64,000 nucleotides of DNA from Candidatus Bathyarchaeia archaeon (lineage in GTDB: Archaea > Thermoproteota > CALKCG01 > B24), in the NCBI GenBank assembly GCA_038870975.1, contig JAVZJD010000001.1, forward strand, positions 224,001 through 288,000, in the 5' to 3' direction. A program made the translations under genes and the position numbers. This document shows positions 10,992 through 21,033 of this stretch, piece after piece. Under the pieces are notes generated by a model. The model was not told the DNA's origin and ran no database searches. It saw only the letters and a program-made list of their open reading frames with translations. Each line of letters begins with the position of its first letter. Position 1 is the first letter of the stretch.

Positions 10992-11138
10992 TCCATCAAT
11001 TTCTTACGGTGAAACGACTTTAAAAGCTTTATAATAGTTATGGTTGACTAAGATGTTTTAAGTGTTTCAAATTAGTGGAGCTAGGGATAAACTTAGAAGA
11101 TAAACTAAAATAAGGTGTAAGTGCGAGGAATGAACCGT

Positions 11139-12254
11139 ATGAAATCAGTGTCTGTAAAGATTAGAGCTCTAACTTTATACTTGAACCCAAACTCGTGGGA
11201 TTTTAAAGATATCATAGAATACGTTTCAAGAAGGGTAAGTAGGTTTCACAGTTTTCTGGATGATGCTGAATGGAAAAAAGCTGTGTGGAGTGTTAGAGTA
11301 TCTATACCTCCACCACCGGATGAATTGAATATTGTCAAGTTGGCTGAAGTTATCTACGAATCTTCATTTCGATCAGGGGTATCTCTCGTTTCCGGTTTTA
11401 CCATTAAATCTGAAAACATCGATTACAATATTGTTGAACAGCTTCTTCAAATAGGTGTATACGTTTGCATAGATGCCAATAATCAAAAGTATTTTAGAAG
11501 AATAGCTGAAGCTCTCCTCAGAATAGCTCAGAAAAACCCTGTACTATTGTCTAAAGTAGCTGTTAAACTTGGACAGTCCAAGAGGTTTTTAACTCCATAT
11601 TTTCCATTATCTTCAAATGTAGAATTTAGAGAAGGATTGGCGATAGCATTACTTTATTCAACAGACCTTCTTAAAGCATATCAATCTAATGGCATAAAGG
11701 GTTTAATCGATAAGGCTGGCGAATTAATGGTCTGTTCGGAAACTTACGGTTTAGAAGCTTCTTCAAACCTAGGAATAGATTTTTATGGTTTAGACTACTC
11801 TATTTCACCATGGATGGAAGATTCATCTGCAAGATTAGTCGAAGAAATATCAGGTGTCCCAATACCGGAACCCGGTTCAATAGCGGCAGTTGTTAAATTG
11901 AATGGGGCAATTTACAAGGCTGCTCTTAAAAGCAACATAAAGTCAACGGGATTCTGCGAACTTATGCTACCTGTAGCGGAAGATAATATTCTCAAGCAGA
12001 GAGTATTGGAAGGGAGACTCAGACTAAGAGACCTTACAGCTTTATCTATGGTGTGTGTGGCAGGAGTAGATATGGCTGTAATTCCAGCTGAAAACTCGAT
12101 GAAAACAATCGAGGGGCTTCTAAGAGATATGTCTAAAATTGCCAAAACTAAAGGTAAAGTTTTAGGAGTTAGGTTAATTCCATACTATCATGTAAAGTCT
12201 GGTGAATCTGTAGACTTAGGTTTATTTGGCACCGTACCTGTAATTTCCCCTTAA
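11139..12254 (+). CDS. DUF711 (UPF0210) family protein
   Basis: KIRALT N-terminus, GLDYSISPW, GFCELMLPVAED, VCVAGVDM. Confidence 0.8.
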   Translation: MKSVSVKIRALTLYLNPNSWDFKDIIEYVSRRVSRFHSFLDDAEWKKAVWSVRVSIPPPPDELNIVKLAEVIYESSFRSGVSLVSGFTIKSENIDYNIVEQLLQIGVYVCIDANNQKYFRRIAEALLRIAQKNPVLLSKVAVKLGQSKRFLTPYFPLSSNVEFREGLAIALLYSTDLLKAYQSNGIKGLIDKAGELMVCSETYGLEASSNLGIDFYGLDYSISPWMEDSSARLVEEISGVPIPEPGSIAAVVKLNGAIYKAALKSNIKSTGFCELMLPVAEDNILKQRVLEGRLRLRDLTALSMVCVAGVDMAVIPAENSMKTIEGLLRDMSKIAKTKGKVLGVRLIPYYHVKSGESVDLGLFGTVPVISP

Positions 12255-12330
12255 ATCCAAGCCACAACTTTTGAAAGTTTGGGGAAAAATTAATAGAATA
12301 CTCTCCTCTCATATCTTAGAGTTTCTAGAG

Positions 12331-14691
12331 ATGACTGCTGTTGAATATATCCGATTAAGATCTGCGGATGAGAAAAAGTTAATCGAGATCAGTCAAAAGT
12401 ATATGCTTTCACTATCTCTCGAAGAAATGAAAGCCATTCAAAACTACTTTCAGACTTTAGGTAGAGACCCGACAGACGTAGAGTTAAATACAATAGCTCA
12501 AACATGGTCTGAGCACTGTTACCATAAAACATTCAAGGGAATGGTAGAAACGCCAAGCGGTACAATAGATGGACTGTTGAAGACATTCATATTTAAAGCA
12601 ACGGAGACCCTAAGTAAACCGTGGTGTCTTGTCGTTTTCAAAGATAACGCTGGTTTGATAGCGTTCAATGAAGAGTGGGCAATAGCCGTTAAAGTTGAAA
12701 CACATAATCATCCAACAGCTTTAGATCCGTATGGTGGCGCTGGGACAGGTACAGGAGGGGTTTTCAGAGACGTTATGGGAGTAGGTGCTAAACCCATACT
12801 TTCGACAGATGTCCTGTGTTTTGGACCTTTAGATTATCCGTATGATAAACTCCCACCAGGCATTATGCATCCCAGGCGTTTAATGAGGGGGGCTATAGCT
12901 GGTATTCGAGACTATGGCAATAAAATGGGTATACCAACTGCATGTGGAGCTATATGCTTTGACGAAGGCTATCTATGCAATCCTTTAGTGTATGCAGGAT
13001 GCGTGGGCATTATTCCTACCAACAAATACGTTAGAAATCCTAAGCCTGGAGACCTTATTGTCTTAGCAGGAGGTAGAACTGGAAGGGATGGATTAAGGGG
13101 TGTTACTTTCGCAAGCATGGAACTGACACCAGAGTCAGAGCAAATATCAGCAGTATCGGTGCAAATAGGAAATCCCATAGAGGAGAAGAGATTACTAGAG
13201 GCTATTCTAAAGGCTAGAGATAGGTATGATAAACCTCTTTACTCCGCTATAACTGATTGTGGAGGGGGAGGACTTTCATCTGCCGTAGGTGAAATGTCAA
13301 AGGGGTTGGGAGCAAACGTTGAACTGGCGAATGTTCCTTTAAAGTATAGTGGTTTAAGACCTTGGGAGATCTGGCTTTCAGAATCTCAAGAACGTATGGT
13401 TTTGGCAGTCCCTAGGAGTAACATCGAAGAACTACTTGAAATTTTTAAAGATGAAAACTGTGAAGCCACAGTGATAGGAGAGTTTACTTCTACTGGGCGT
13501 CTATGCGTAAAATACCATGGTGAGCCAGTATGTGATTTGGACTTGAATTTCTTATTTGAAGGCATTCCAAGGGTTAAACGTAGAGCGTTATGGACTCAAT
13601 CACTCGAAGAGGAGATAGATACCCCCCAACCTGAAGACCTAATGGGCATCTTAAAGGAGATTCTTAAAAGCCCAAATGTTGCTAGTAAAGAGTGGGTAAT
13701 TAGACAGTATGACCATGAAGTTCAAGCCAGAATGATAGTTAAACCGCTTGTTGGCATTAATCAAGATGGGCCGAGCGATGCCTGTGTAATTAAGCCATTA
13801 AAAGACTCTTGGAGGGGTATAGTTATCTCTTGTGGTATAAACCCTAAATATTCAATAAATCCGTATAAGATGGCGCTATCCGCTATAGATGAAGCTATAA
13901 GAAATAACACAGCTGTTGGAGGACGTAGAATCGCATTACTCGACAATTTTAGTTGGGGCAACCCAGAAAGAGAAGAAGTACTCGGCGCATTGGTTGAAGC
14001 TGTGAAAGGATGCTACGATGGAGCGCTGGGATTCGACACACCTTTTATATCCGGTAAAGATAGTTTGTACAACGAGTATAGATTTCCAGATGGAAGGTAC
14101 CTCTCAATACCTGGAACTCTTCTAATTACAGCCGTGGGGATAATTCCAGATGTTAGAAATGCCGTGACGATGGATTTTAAAGAACCTGGAGACCCTATAT
14201 ACATATTAGGTCTTACTAAAAACGAGTTGGGAGGGTCACACTACTACACGGTTTTAGGTTTGAGGGGAGGAGTTATACCAAGTGTAGATGTAAAAAAGGC
14301 TAAATTCATAATGGATAGGCTGGTGGAAGCAATAGATTCAGGCTATGTTAGAGCTTGCCATGACTGTTCTGAAGGAGGACTGGCCGTAGCCTTAGCTGAA
14401 TCGAGCTTCTCTGGAGGATTGGGCGTTGAAATCTGGCTGTCTAAAGTTCCAGTAGATGGAGTAAATAGAGAGGATAAAATTCTGTTCTCAGAATCTAACA
14501 GCAGGTTCATAGTTGAAGTTTCAAAGTATAATTCTCAAGAATTTGAAAGCCTTATGATGGGGTTACCCTGTTCAAGAATCGGCTTTGTGAAACCCAATAG
14601 TAGTTTTATTATTCATGGTTTAAATGGAAAAATCTACGAGGAAAACATTTGGGAACTTAAAAAAGCTTGGAAGTCTACATTCGACTGGTGA
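12331..14691 (+). CDS. purL: FGAM synthase subunit PurL
   Basis: QTWSEHCYHK, KVETHNHP, DCGGGGLS, SESQERM, ISGKDSLYN, HDCSEGG. Start set at ATG 12331. Confidence 0.96.
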   Translation: MTAVEYIRLRSADEKKLIEISQKYMLSLSLEEMKAIQNYFQTLGRDPTDVELNTIAQTWSEHCYHKTFKGMVETPSGTIDGLLKTFIFKATETLSKPWCLVVFKDNAGLIAFNEEWAIAVKVETHNHPTALDPYGGAGTGTGGVFRDVMGVGAKPILSTDVLCFGPLDYPYDKLPPGIMHPRRLMRGAIAGIRDYGNKMGIPTACGAICFDEGYLCNPLVYAGCVGIIPTNKYVRNPKPGDLIVLAGGRTGRDGLRGVTFASMELTPESEQISAVSVQIGNPIEEKRLLEAILKARDRYDKPLYSAITDCGGGGLSSAVGEMSKGLGANVELANVPLKYSGLRPWEIWLSESQERMVLAVPRSNIEELLEIFKDENCEATVIGEFTSTGRLCVKYHGEPVCDLDLNFLFEGIPRVKRRALWTQSLEEEIDTPQPEDLMGILKEILKSPNVASKEWVIRQYDHEVQARMIVKPLVGINQDGPSDACVIKPLKDSWRGIVISCGINPKYSINPYKMALSAIDEAIRNNTAVGGRRIALLDNFSWGNPEREEVLGALVEAVKGCYDGALGFDTPFISGKDSLYNEYRFPDGRYLSIPGTLLITAVGIIPDVRNAVTMDFKEPGDPIYILGLTKNELGGSHYYTVLGLRGGVIPSVDVKKAKFIMDRLVEAIDSGYVRACHDCSEGGLAVALAESSFSGGLGVEIWLSKVPVDGVNREDKILFSESNSRFIVEVSKYNSQEFESLMMGLPCSRIGFVKPNSSFIIHGLNGKIYEENIWELKKAWKSTFDW

Positions 14692-14696
14692 AAAAT

Positions 14697-15497
14697 CTAC
14701 AGAATGATGTTGTTGAGGAAGTCTAAAGCTCTTGGCACGGCTATTAGAGGATCATCTTTTCCCTCATACTCTAACGAAAGATACCCATTGTAGCCGTATC
14801 TCGCAATTATTTCAATTATCCTCCTATAGTCGAGTCTTTTTTCGATCCAATAGCTACTTAACCCATACCATTCTAATGCCAACTCGTATATTTTAGCGTG
14901 TATATGAACAGTATACGGCATAACAGCTTCTATACTTTCGTAGATATTTTCCCTAAAGTTGCCAAAGTCGAGGTTTACTCTAAACCAGTCGGAATCCACG
15001 GCTTTAATCAGTTTTAGAACTTGCTCCGCTGTAGAAGTTATACCTCCATGGTTTTCCACCACCACCATAAGTCCGTATTGTTCAGCATATTCTACAGAAT
15101 CCTTTATACATTTAACTGCTACTTCGAATACATCACTTTCTGAAACACCTTTAGGGGGCCATCCAGCGTTTATCCTCATAATCGGAGAGCCGAGTTTAAC
15201 AGTAGCATCTATCCAGTTTTTAACGAATTCCACCTCCCTCTTCCTTTCATTTGAATCCAGCTTGCAGAAATTGTTATCGACGGTTACACACGATAGATCT
15301 AATCCATACTCCAGTAGAGATTTCTTAATGGTTTTAATTCTATCGACCTCTGGTTTAAAATAGAGCTGATTTAACTCAACACCATCTACATCTTGTTCAA
15401 ACGCTTCATCTATGAAGTCCTCAATTGTCATACTTCCATCACTAAGGTATTTGTTATACGAATAGCTAGCTATACCCAATTTCACGACAGACCACAT
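14697..15497 (-). CDS. Sugar phosphate isomerase/epimerase (xylose-isomerase-like TIM barrel)
   Basis: VENHGG, NLDFGN, HIHAK, LSLEYEG metal-binding motifs. Confidence 0.85.
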   Translation of the reverse strand: MWSVVKLGIASYSYNKYLSDGSMTIEDFIDEAFEQDVDGVELNQLYFKPEVDRIKTIKKSLLEYGLDLSCVTVDNNFCKLDSNERKREVEFVKNWIDATVKLGSPIMRINAGWPPKGVSESDVFEVAVKCIKDSVEYAEQYGLMVVVENHGGITSTAEQVLKLIKAVDSDWFRVNLDFGNFRENIYESIEAVMPYTVHIHAKIYELALEWYGLSSYWIEKRLDYRRIIEIIARYGYNGYLSLEYEGKDDPLIAVPRALDFLNNIIL

Positions 15498-15548
15498 TTA
15501 GAAAATACCTAAAAACTCTTTTAACAGTTGTGCTTCCTTCAATAGAAT

Positions 15549-16352
15549 ATGATGAGCCTTTATACTGTTAAGGTATTAGTGCTCAGAGTTGAAGGCACGA
15601 ATTGCGACATAGAAACCGTTGAAGCTTTCCAAATGGTTAATGCAGAAGCAAAACTCGCACATTTAAATGAACTTTTAAAAAACGAAGTGGATTTAAATGA
15701 TTACCATATTTTCTGCATACCTGGAGGTTTCAGTTATGGGGATGACTTGGGAGCAGGTAAACTACTAGCAAATCAACTTAAGTATCGACTTAGAAGAGAA
15801 ATCGAGAATTTTCTAAGCGAAGGAAGAGCTATAATAGGAATATGTAATGGTTTTCAAGCCTTAGTTAAAGCGGGACTGTTACCAGCACTTAAGAAGCCTT
15901 TTTTGAAACAGGAGGCTACATTAGCTTTAAATGAAAAAGGCTTGTTTATAGATAGATGGATCTACGTTAAACATGAGGAAAATTGCAAATGTATATTGAC
16001 AAAAAATCTAAACGCAAAAATATTATACATCCCTGTGAATCATGCCGAAGGGAGATTTATTGCTTCAAAAGAAACTATTGAATTAATGGAGGAGGAGGGA
16101 TATGTAGTTTTTAGATATGTAGATCCAGGTGGTAGGATTGCTGGATATCCTTGGAATCCAAATGGATCTATGAACAATATTGCAGGGATATGTAACACTG
16201 ATGGAAATATTCTTGGTTTAATGCCTCACCCTGAGAAATATGTACACCATTATCTTCATCCAAGTTGGTCTAGGTTCCATTCTAACTCAGAGCCAGACGG
16301 TTTACTATTCTTTAAGACGGTGGTCGACAATGTGGCTAGGAGCCTCATGTAG
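15549..16352 (+). CDS. purQ: FGAM synthase glutaminase subunit PurQ
   Basis: GTNCD, PGGFSYGD, GICNGFQ, HAEGRF, MPHPE. Confidence 0.96.
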   Translation: MMSLYTVKVLVLRVEGTNCDIETVEAFQMVNAEAKLAHLNELLKNEVDLNDYHIFCIPGGFSYGDDLGAGKLLANQLKYRLRREIENFLSEGRAIIGICNGFQALVKAGLLPALKKPFLKQEATLALNEKGLFIDRWIYVKHEENCKCILTKNLNAKILYIPVNHAEGRFIASKETIELMEEEGYVVFRYVDPGGRIAGYPWNPNGSMNNIAGICNTDGNILGLMPHPEKYVHHYLHPSWSRFHSNSEPDGLLFFKTVVDNVARSLM

Positions 16353-16447
16353 AGAAACTAGCTTTACATTACTGCTTTAATGACCATCTTCTTATTTAAG
16401 AAAAGTTTATAAATAGAACTATTATTCAAATACCTAGATCTTTTAAA

Positions 16448-17956
16448 ATGGAAACTTATCTACCAGATGAAATGGCAGTTGAAAGTGGCTTATTGTCTAG
16501 ACTTATTCTAGACGGAAGAATAAAAGGTAAGATTTTGGTACATAATTCCATAATTAAGAGGCTTGAACATAAAGCTTTAAACGGCGACTTCAGAGGAGTA
16601 GAGGAGCTTGAAAATATCCGTAGATCTGCCGAAAGTCTGGGGTTAAGATTCGAAATTTTAAACGGAGATTCCAACATCGATCCAAAAGAGGCCTTAAGAG
16701 AAGTTGCCTTAAAAACAGATTCAATAATTGTTACACCAGACTATGTTTCAGCAGCTATTTCTAAAGCCTTGGGAATAAAAGTGTTACATGAAAGAGCACA
16801 AGTCGAAAAGCGGTTAGAAGATTTTTTCAATGATGGAACTATGTCCGTACATCTTAAAGAGGGGGTGCCTCCAAGGGTTAAAAAAGGTAAGCCTGGTAGG
16901 TGGACTTTTGAGGTGTTACATAGTAAGCCTTTATCTAGAAAAGACATCGAGGACATTGTAAATGACATTCTAAATAGAGCGAGGGCTGGAGAAGGCTTCA
17001 TAGAAACTGATAGGAATGGGTCTTCAATAATTCAACTTGGAACTTATAGGATCGTCATAACTAAACCGCCTTTTAGTGACGGTTTAGAGGTAACAGCTGT
17101 GAGACCGATAACCTATAGACACCTTGAAGATTACAATCTTCCAAGCAAGCTTCTGAAAAGACTCGCCGAGCAAGCTGAGGGAATACTTATCGCAGGAGCG
17201 CCGGGCATGGGAAAATCGACCTTCGCTCAGGCTTTAGCTGAATTTTATCTTAGAGGTGGAAAAATAGTTAAAACAATTGAAGCTCCTAGAGACCTTCAAC
17301 TTCCAGATGAAGTTACGCAATATTCTAAAGTCATGGGAGGGTCTCAAGAAATCCATGATGTTCTACTCTTAAGTAGACCAGATTACACGATTTTTGATGA
17401 AATGCGTGATACTGAAGACTTTAAATTATACGCAGATTTAAGGCTTTCAGGCGTAGGTATGGTCGGAGTGGTACACGCCACAACAGCCATAGACGCTATT
17501 CAACGGTTTATAGGTAGAGTTGAATTGGGTATGATACCTTCTATAATAGACACTGTTATATTTATGAAAGATGGTGAGGTTACCAAAGTTTACAGTGTGG
17601 AAAACGTAGTTAAAGTTCCGCATGGATTGAAAGAGGCAGATCTTGCAAGACCTGTGGTAGTTGTAAGAGACTTCTTAACGGAGGAGCCTGAATACGAGAT
17701 GTATGTCTTTGGTGAAAAGACATTTGTAGTGCCTATTAAACGTAAGAGTTCTAAGGAACAGATGATGTTAAATAGTATAAATACGTTATTACGGAAACAT
17801 ATAGATGATTATAGGGTTGAAGTAAACGAGGGAGTTTTAGAAATATATGTTTCTAGGGAATCCTATCCTATGATAACTAGGAAATATTTAAGAAAACTAG
17901 AAAGAATTTGCAGAAAAGCAGGGTTTGCAGAAGTATCCGTACATGTAATGAGTTGA
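16448..17956 (+). CDS. PINA-type ATPase (PIN domain, secretion-type ATPase, KH-like C-terminus)
   Basis: MSVHLKEG, GAPGMGKST Walker A, PRDLQL, DEMR, QRFIGRVELGMIP. Confidence 0.9.
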   Translation: METYLPDEMAVESGLLSRLILDGRIKGKILVHNSIIKRLEHKALNGDFRGVEELENIRRSAESLGLRFEILNGDSNIDPKEALREVALKTDSIIVTPDYVSAAISKALGIKVLHERAQVEKRLEDFFNDGTMSVHLKEGVPPRVKKGKPGRWTFEVLHSKPLSRKDIEDIVNDILNRARAGEGFIETDRNGSSIIQLGTYRIVITKPPFSDGLEVTAVRPITYRHLEDYNLPSKLLKRLAEQAEGILIAGAPGMGKSTFAQALAEFYLRGGKIVKTIEAPRDLQLPDEVTQYSKVMGGSQEIHDVLLLSRPDYTIFDEMRDTEDFKLYADLRLSGVGMVGVVHATTAIDAIQRFIGRVELGMIPSIIDTVIFMKDGEVTKVYSVENVVKVPHGLKEADLARPVVVVRDFLTEEPEYEMYVFGEKTFVVPIKRKSSKEQMMLNSINTLLRKHIDDYRVEVNEGVLEIYVSRESYPMITRKYLRKLERICRKAGFAEVSVHVMS

Positions 17957-18013
17957 TATATCTTCATGGGTTATTTTAAATATCAACATGGGAATTGGTA
18001 TTAGAATCTTTTA

Positions 18014-18034
18014 TGTTCAAAAAATTTTTGAACA
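18014..18034. promoter_or_regulatory. 21-bp palindrome TGTTCAAAAA-A-TTTTTGAACA upstream of purE-purC-purM
   Basis: Perfect 10-bp arms about 30 bp before the purE start, overlapping the AT-rich promoter zone. Confidence 0.4.
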
Positions 18035-18064
18035 CTTTACTATTCTTATTTGAGGTGTTTAAAA

Positions 18065-18553
18065 TTGCCAGACGTTCTAGTTGTTATAGGTAGCATGTCT
18101 GATAAAGAGTACGCTCTTAAAGCCGTCGAAATACTCACTACAATGGGCATTAAAGCTAAAGTGGAAATCGCCTCAGCTCATAGGACTCCGGATAGAGTTA
18201 AAACTATTATCGAGATGGCTGAAAAAGAAGGAGTTTACGCATTCATAGCCATAGCCGGGTTATCTGCGCTTCTACCCAGCTTAATCGCCGCATACACTAC
18301 TAAACCTGTTATAGGTGTTCCTGTTAAAAGAGCTTTAGATGGCTTAGACTCACTATTATCGATCGTGCAGACACCCCCGGGTGTACCAGTAGCTTGTGTG
18401 GGTATTGATAATGCTGTCAACGCCGCTCTTTTAGCTGCTGAGATAGTGGGTTTACAGAGACCTGAAGTGGTTGAAAAGCTTGTAAAATATCGCAATTCTT
18501 TAAAGTGTAATGTTGAACAATCGGCTGAAGAGCTTAGAAAGTTTTCGGAGTAA
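18065..18553 (+). CDS. purE: AIR carboxylase / N5-CAIR mutase
   Basis: GSMSD, SAHRTP, AGLSALLP, PVIGVP, PPGVPVA. TTG start after a GAGGTG RBS. Confidence 0.95.
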   Translation: MPDVLVVIGSMSDKEYALKAVEILTTMGIKAKVEIASAHRTPDRVKTIIEMAEKEGVYAFIAIAGLSALLPSLIAAYTTKPVIGVPVKRALDGLDSLLSIVQTPPGVPVACVGIDNAVNAALLAAEIVGLQRPEVVEKLVKYRNSLKCNVEQSAEELRKFSE

Positions 18554-18571
18554 AAGTTTGGAGGTGGCAGT

Positions 18572-19402
18572 TTGCGTCTTCTAAAACGAGGAAAAGTTAA
18601 AGATGTGTATGAGGTTGACGAACACACCCTGCTATTCCATTTCACTAATAGAGTTTCAGCTTTTGATGTAGTCCTCCCCTCAGAAATACCGTTCAAAGGA
18701 GAAGTTTTATGCCGCATGACTGGTTTTTGGTTTAAAACCCTTCATTATCCAAATCACATGCTTGAGCTTATACTTCCAGATAAAATGCTGGTTAAACGCC
18801 TAGAAATGATACCCATTGAGTTCATAGTTAGGGGTTATATCTACGGTGGTCTTTATGAGAGAATGTTGAAGGGGGAGACTCAAATTCCGGTTGAACCTAT
18901 ACTAGCCGCTAAACTTCCAGAACCCATGTTAGATCTAACCACTAAATTTGAGGCTAAAGATAGACCTCTAACTAAGGAGGAGGTGTTTTCAAGAGGATGG
19001 CTTACTTCAGATGAGTATAACATGCTTAAGGACGCCTGCATAGATATTTATCAATCTATGGCTTCTAGAGCTGAAGAGAAAGGATTCATACTGGCTGATC
19101 TTAAATTGGAATTTGGCCGTACCCAAGATGGAAAGATACTATTAGCAGATTCCATCGGCCCAGATGAATTCAGACTCTGGTTGAAATCCAAATATAGTCC
19201 TGGAAAGAGACAGGAAAGCTATGATAAGCAGCCAGTTAGAGATTGGTTGGAGAATGTAGGATATAGGAGGGCTTTAGAAGAGGCTGTTAGATTGGGTAAA
19301 CCAATACCGCCTCCTCCGAAGCTTCCGGAGCATATAATTGCTGAAGTAAGTAGGCGTTATATTGAAGCATTTGAAAAACTTACAGGTGAAAAATTCCGAT
19401 AA
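18572..19402 (+). CDS. purC: SAICAR synthetase
   Basis: GKVKDVY, RVSAFD, ADLKLEFG, PDEFRLW, DKQPVRDW. Confidence 0.95.
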   Translation: MRLLKRGKVKDVYEVDEHTLLFHFTNRVSAFDVVLPSEIPFKGEVLCRMTGFWFKTLHYPNHMLELILPDKMLVKRLEMIPIEFIVRGYIYGGLYERMLKGETQIPVEPILAAKLPEPMLDLTTKFEAKDRPLTKEEVFSRGWLTSDEYNMLKDACIDIYQSMASRAEEKGFILADLKLEFGRTQDGKILLADSIGPDEFRLWLKSKYSPGKRQESYDKQPVRDWLENVGYRRALEEAVRLGKPIPPPPKLPEHIIAEVSRRYIEAFEKLTGEKFR

Positions 19403-19417
19403 TTGGGGGGTTGAACC

Positions 19418-20485
19418 ATGAGTATTCCTAAAGATTATCGTGAGGCTGGCGTAGATTTAGACGAAGTTTCTGAAATACATAGATTAGCGAAGAAGATTCT
19501 TGAAAGAACATTCATTTTCAGAAAAGGACGAGTTGGCAGTGTATTAACAGAAATAGGACATTATGCTGGTGTAATAGATTTAGATGGTAGTAAAGCAATA
19601 GCGGTTCACGTTGATGGTGTAGGTACTAAGGTTTTGATAGCTCAAATGATGGACAGGTATGATACAATAGGTATAGACTGTGTAGCCATGTGTGTAAACG
19701 ACTTGATATGCATAGGTGCAGAACCCATAGCACTGGTGGACTATCTTGCAGTTCAAGAACCTAGAAATGATTTGATAGAACCCATTATGGAGGGTATAGC
19801 TAGGGGTGCTGAGGAGGCTTCAATAGCCATAATAGGCGGTGAAACGGCGATTATGAAGGATGTAATTAAAGGCTTTAGAGAGGGGTATGGTTTCGACTTG
19901 GCCGCTATGTGTGTAGGAGTTGTAGATAAACGTAAGATAGTAACTGGTTCTTCCATCAAACCTAGGGATTGCGTAGTAGGTTTAGCTAGTACTGGTATAC
20001 ACTCTAATGGGTTGACTTTGGCTAGAAAAGTTCTACTATCCAAGTTTACAATCAATAGCTACATAAAGGAGCTTGGATGTACATTAGGTGAGGAGCTTTT
20101 AAAACCCACGCGAATATACGTTAAACCTATTCTGAAGATTTTAAGCGAATTTGAAGTTCATGGATTAGCGCACATAACAGGCGGCTCTTTTACAAAGCTT
20201 ATGAGGATAGGTCGTCTAGCCAATGTAGGTTTCGAACTTTATAATATGCCTGACCCGCTACCCATATTTAAACTCATACAGAGCATAGGTTTGATAGATG
20301 ATAAGGAAATGTATAGAACTTTTAATATGGGCATAGGTTTTTGTGTAATCGTTCCACCATATGAGGCAGACAGTGTAGTAGAGACGTGTAAAAAAATGGG
20401 GGTTGAAAGCTACATCATTGGAGAAGCTTCTGAAGATATGAAAGTTAAAATTAGACTTAATGATAGATCTTTTATTTTATATTAA
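19418..20485 (+). CDS. purM: AIR synthetase
   Basis: YREAGVD, DGVGTK, GGETA, HSNG, HITGG, TFNMGIG. Confidence 0.96.
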   Translation: MSIPKDYREAGVDLDEVSEIHRLAKKILERTFIFRKGRVGSVLTEIGHYAGVIDLDGSKAIAVHVDGVGTKVLIAQMMDRYDTIGIDCVAMCVNDLICIGAEPIALVDYLAVQEPRNDLIEPIMEGIARGAEEASIAIIGGETAIMKDVIKGFREGYGFDLAAMCVGVVDKRKIVTGSSIKPRDCVVGLASTGIHSNGLTLARKVLLSKFTINSYIKELGCTLGEELLKPTRIYVKPILKILSEFEVHGLAHITGGSFTKLMRIGRLANVGFELYNMPDPLPIFKLIQSIGLIDDKEMYRTFNMGIGFCVIVPPYEADSVVETCKKMGVESYIIGEASEDMKVKIRLNDRSFILY

Positions 20486-21020
20486 TTTTCTTGACCATAT
20501 TATTATTTGCCTCTAGATAACCTTTAGCATACTCTTGCGTAACTTTTTTCTCTGATATAGGTGCTTCTAAAATCTTAGGAATTAAACCAGTTTGAAGACT
20601 CTTTATAATTGGCGTCGCAAATTCTATTTCAACATTCATGTCCTTAAGTTTTGAAAGAATGTCATCTATTTCTTCTTTATTCCTGCCAACTACGAACAGT
20701 ATTCCCTCTGGTTTCCCTAGGGAGCTTACAACCATAGTGACTTGAGGTATTTCTCGAATTCTTTTCAAAAACTCGCTTCTAAACCTATGGTCTGGGAAGT
20801 TAATACCTATACACATGTACTCAGTTAAACCAAGCTTTTCTAGATCCAGCACGACAGTGTAGCCTTTTATAATACCCATCTCTTCAAGCTTGTTGATCCT
20901 ATATGCCACGACGTTGGGATGCATGTTCAATTTCCTACCTATATCCACGAGTGAAATGCTGGAATCCTCTATGAGCAGTGAAAGTATTCTCAGGTCTTTT
21001 TCATCTATTTCAGAGTTCAT
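20472..21020 (-). CDS. Lrp/AsnC family transcriptional regulator
   Basis: IDEKDLRIL...RINKLEEMGIIKGY helix-turn-helix N-terminus. Confidence 0.85.
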   Translation of the reverse strand: MNSEIDEKDLRILSLLIEDSSISLVDIGRKLNMHPNVVAYRINKLEEMGIIKGYTVVLDLEKLGLTEYMCIGINFPDHRFRSEFLKRIREIPQVTMVVSSLGKPEGILFVVGRNKEEIDDILSKLKDMNVEIEFATPIIKSLQTGLIPKILEAPISEKKVTQEYAKGYLEANNNMVKKINIK

Positions 21021-21033
21021 TTCTCCACCTCAT

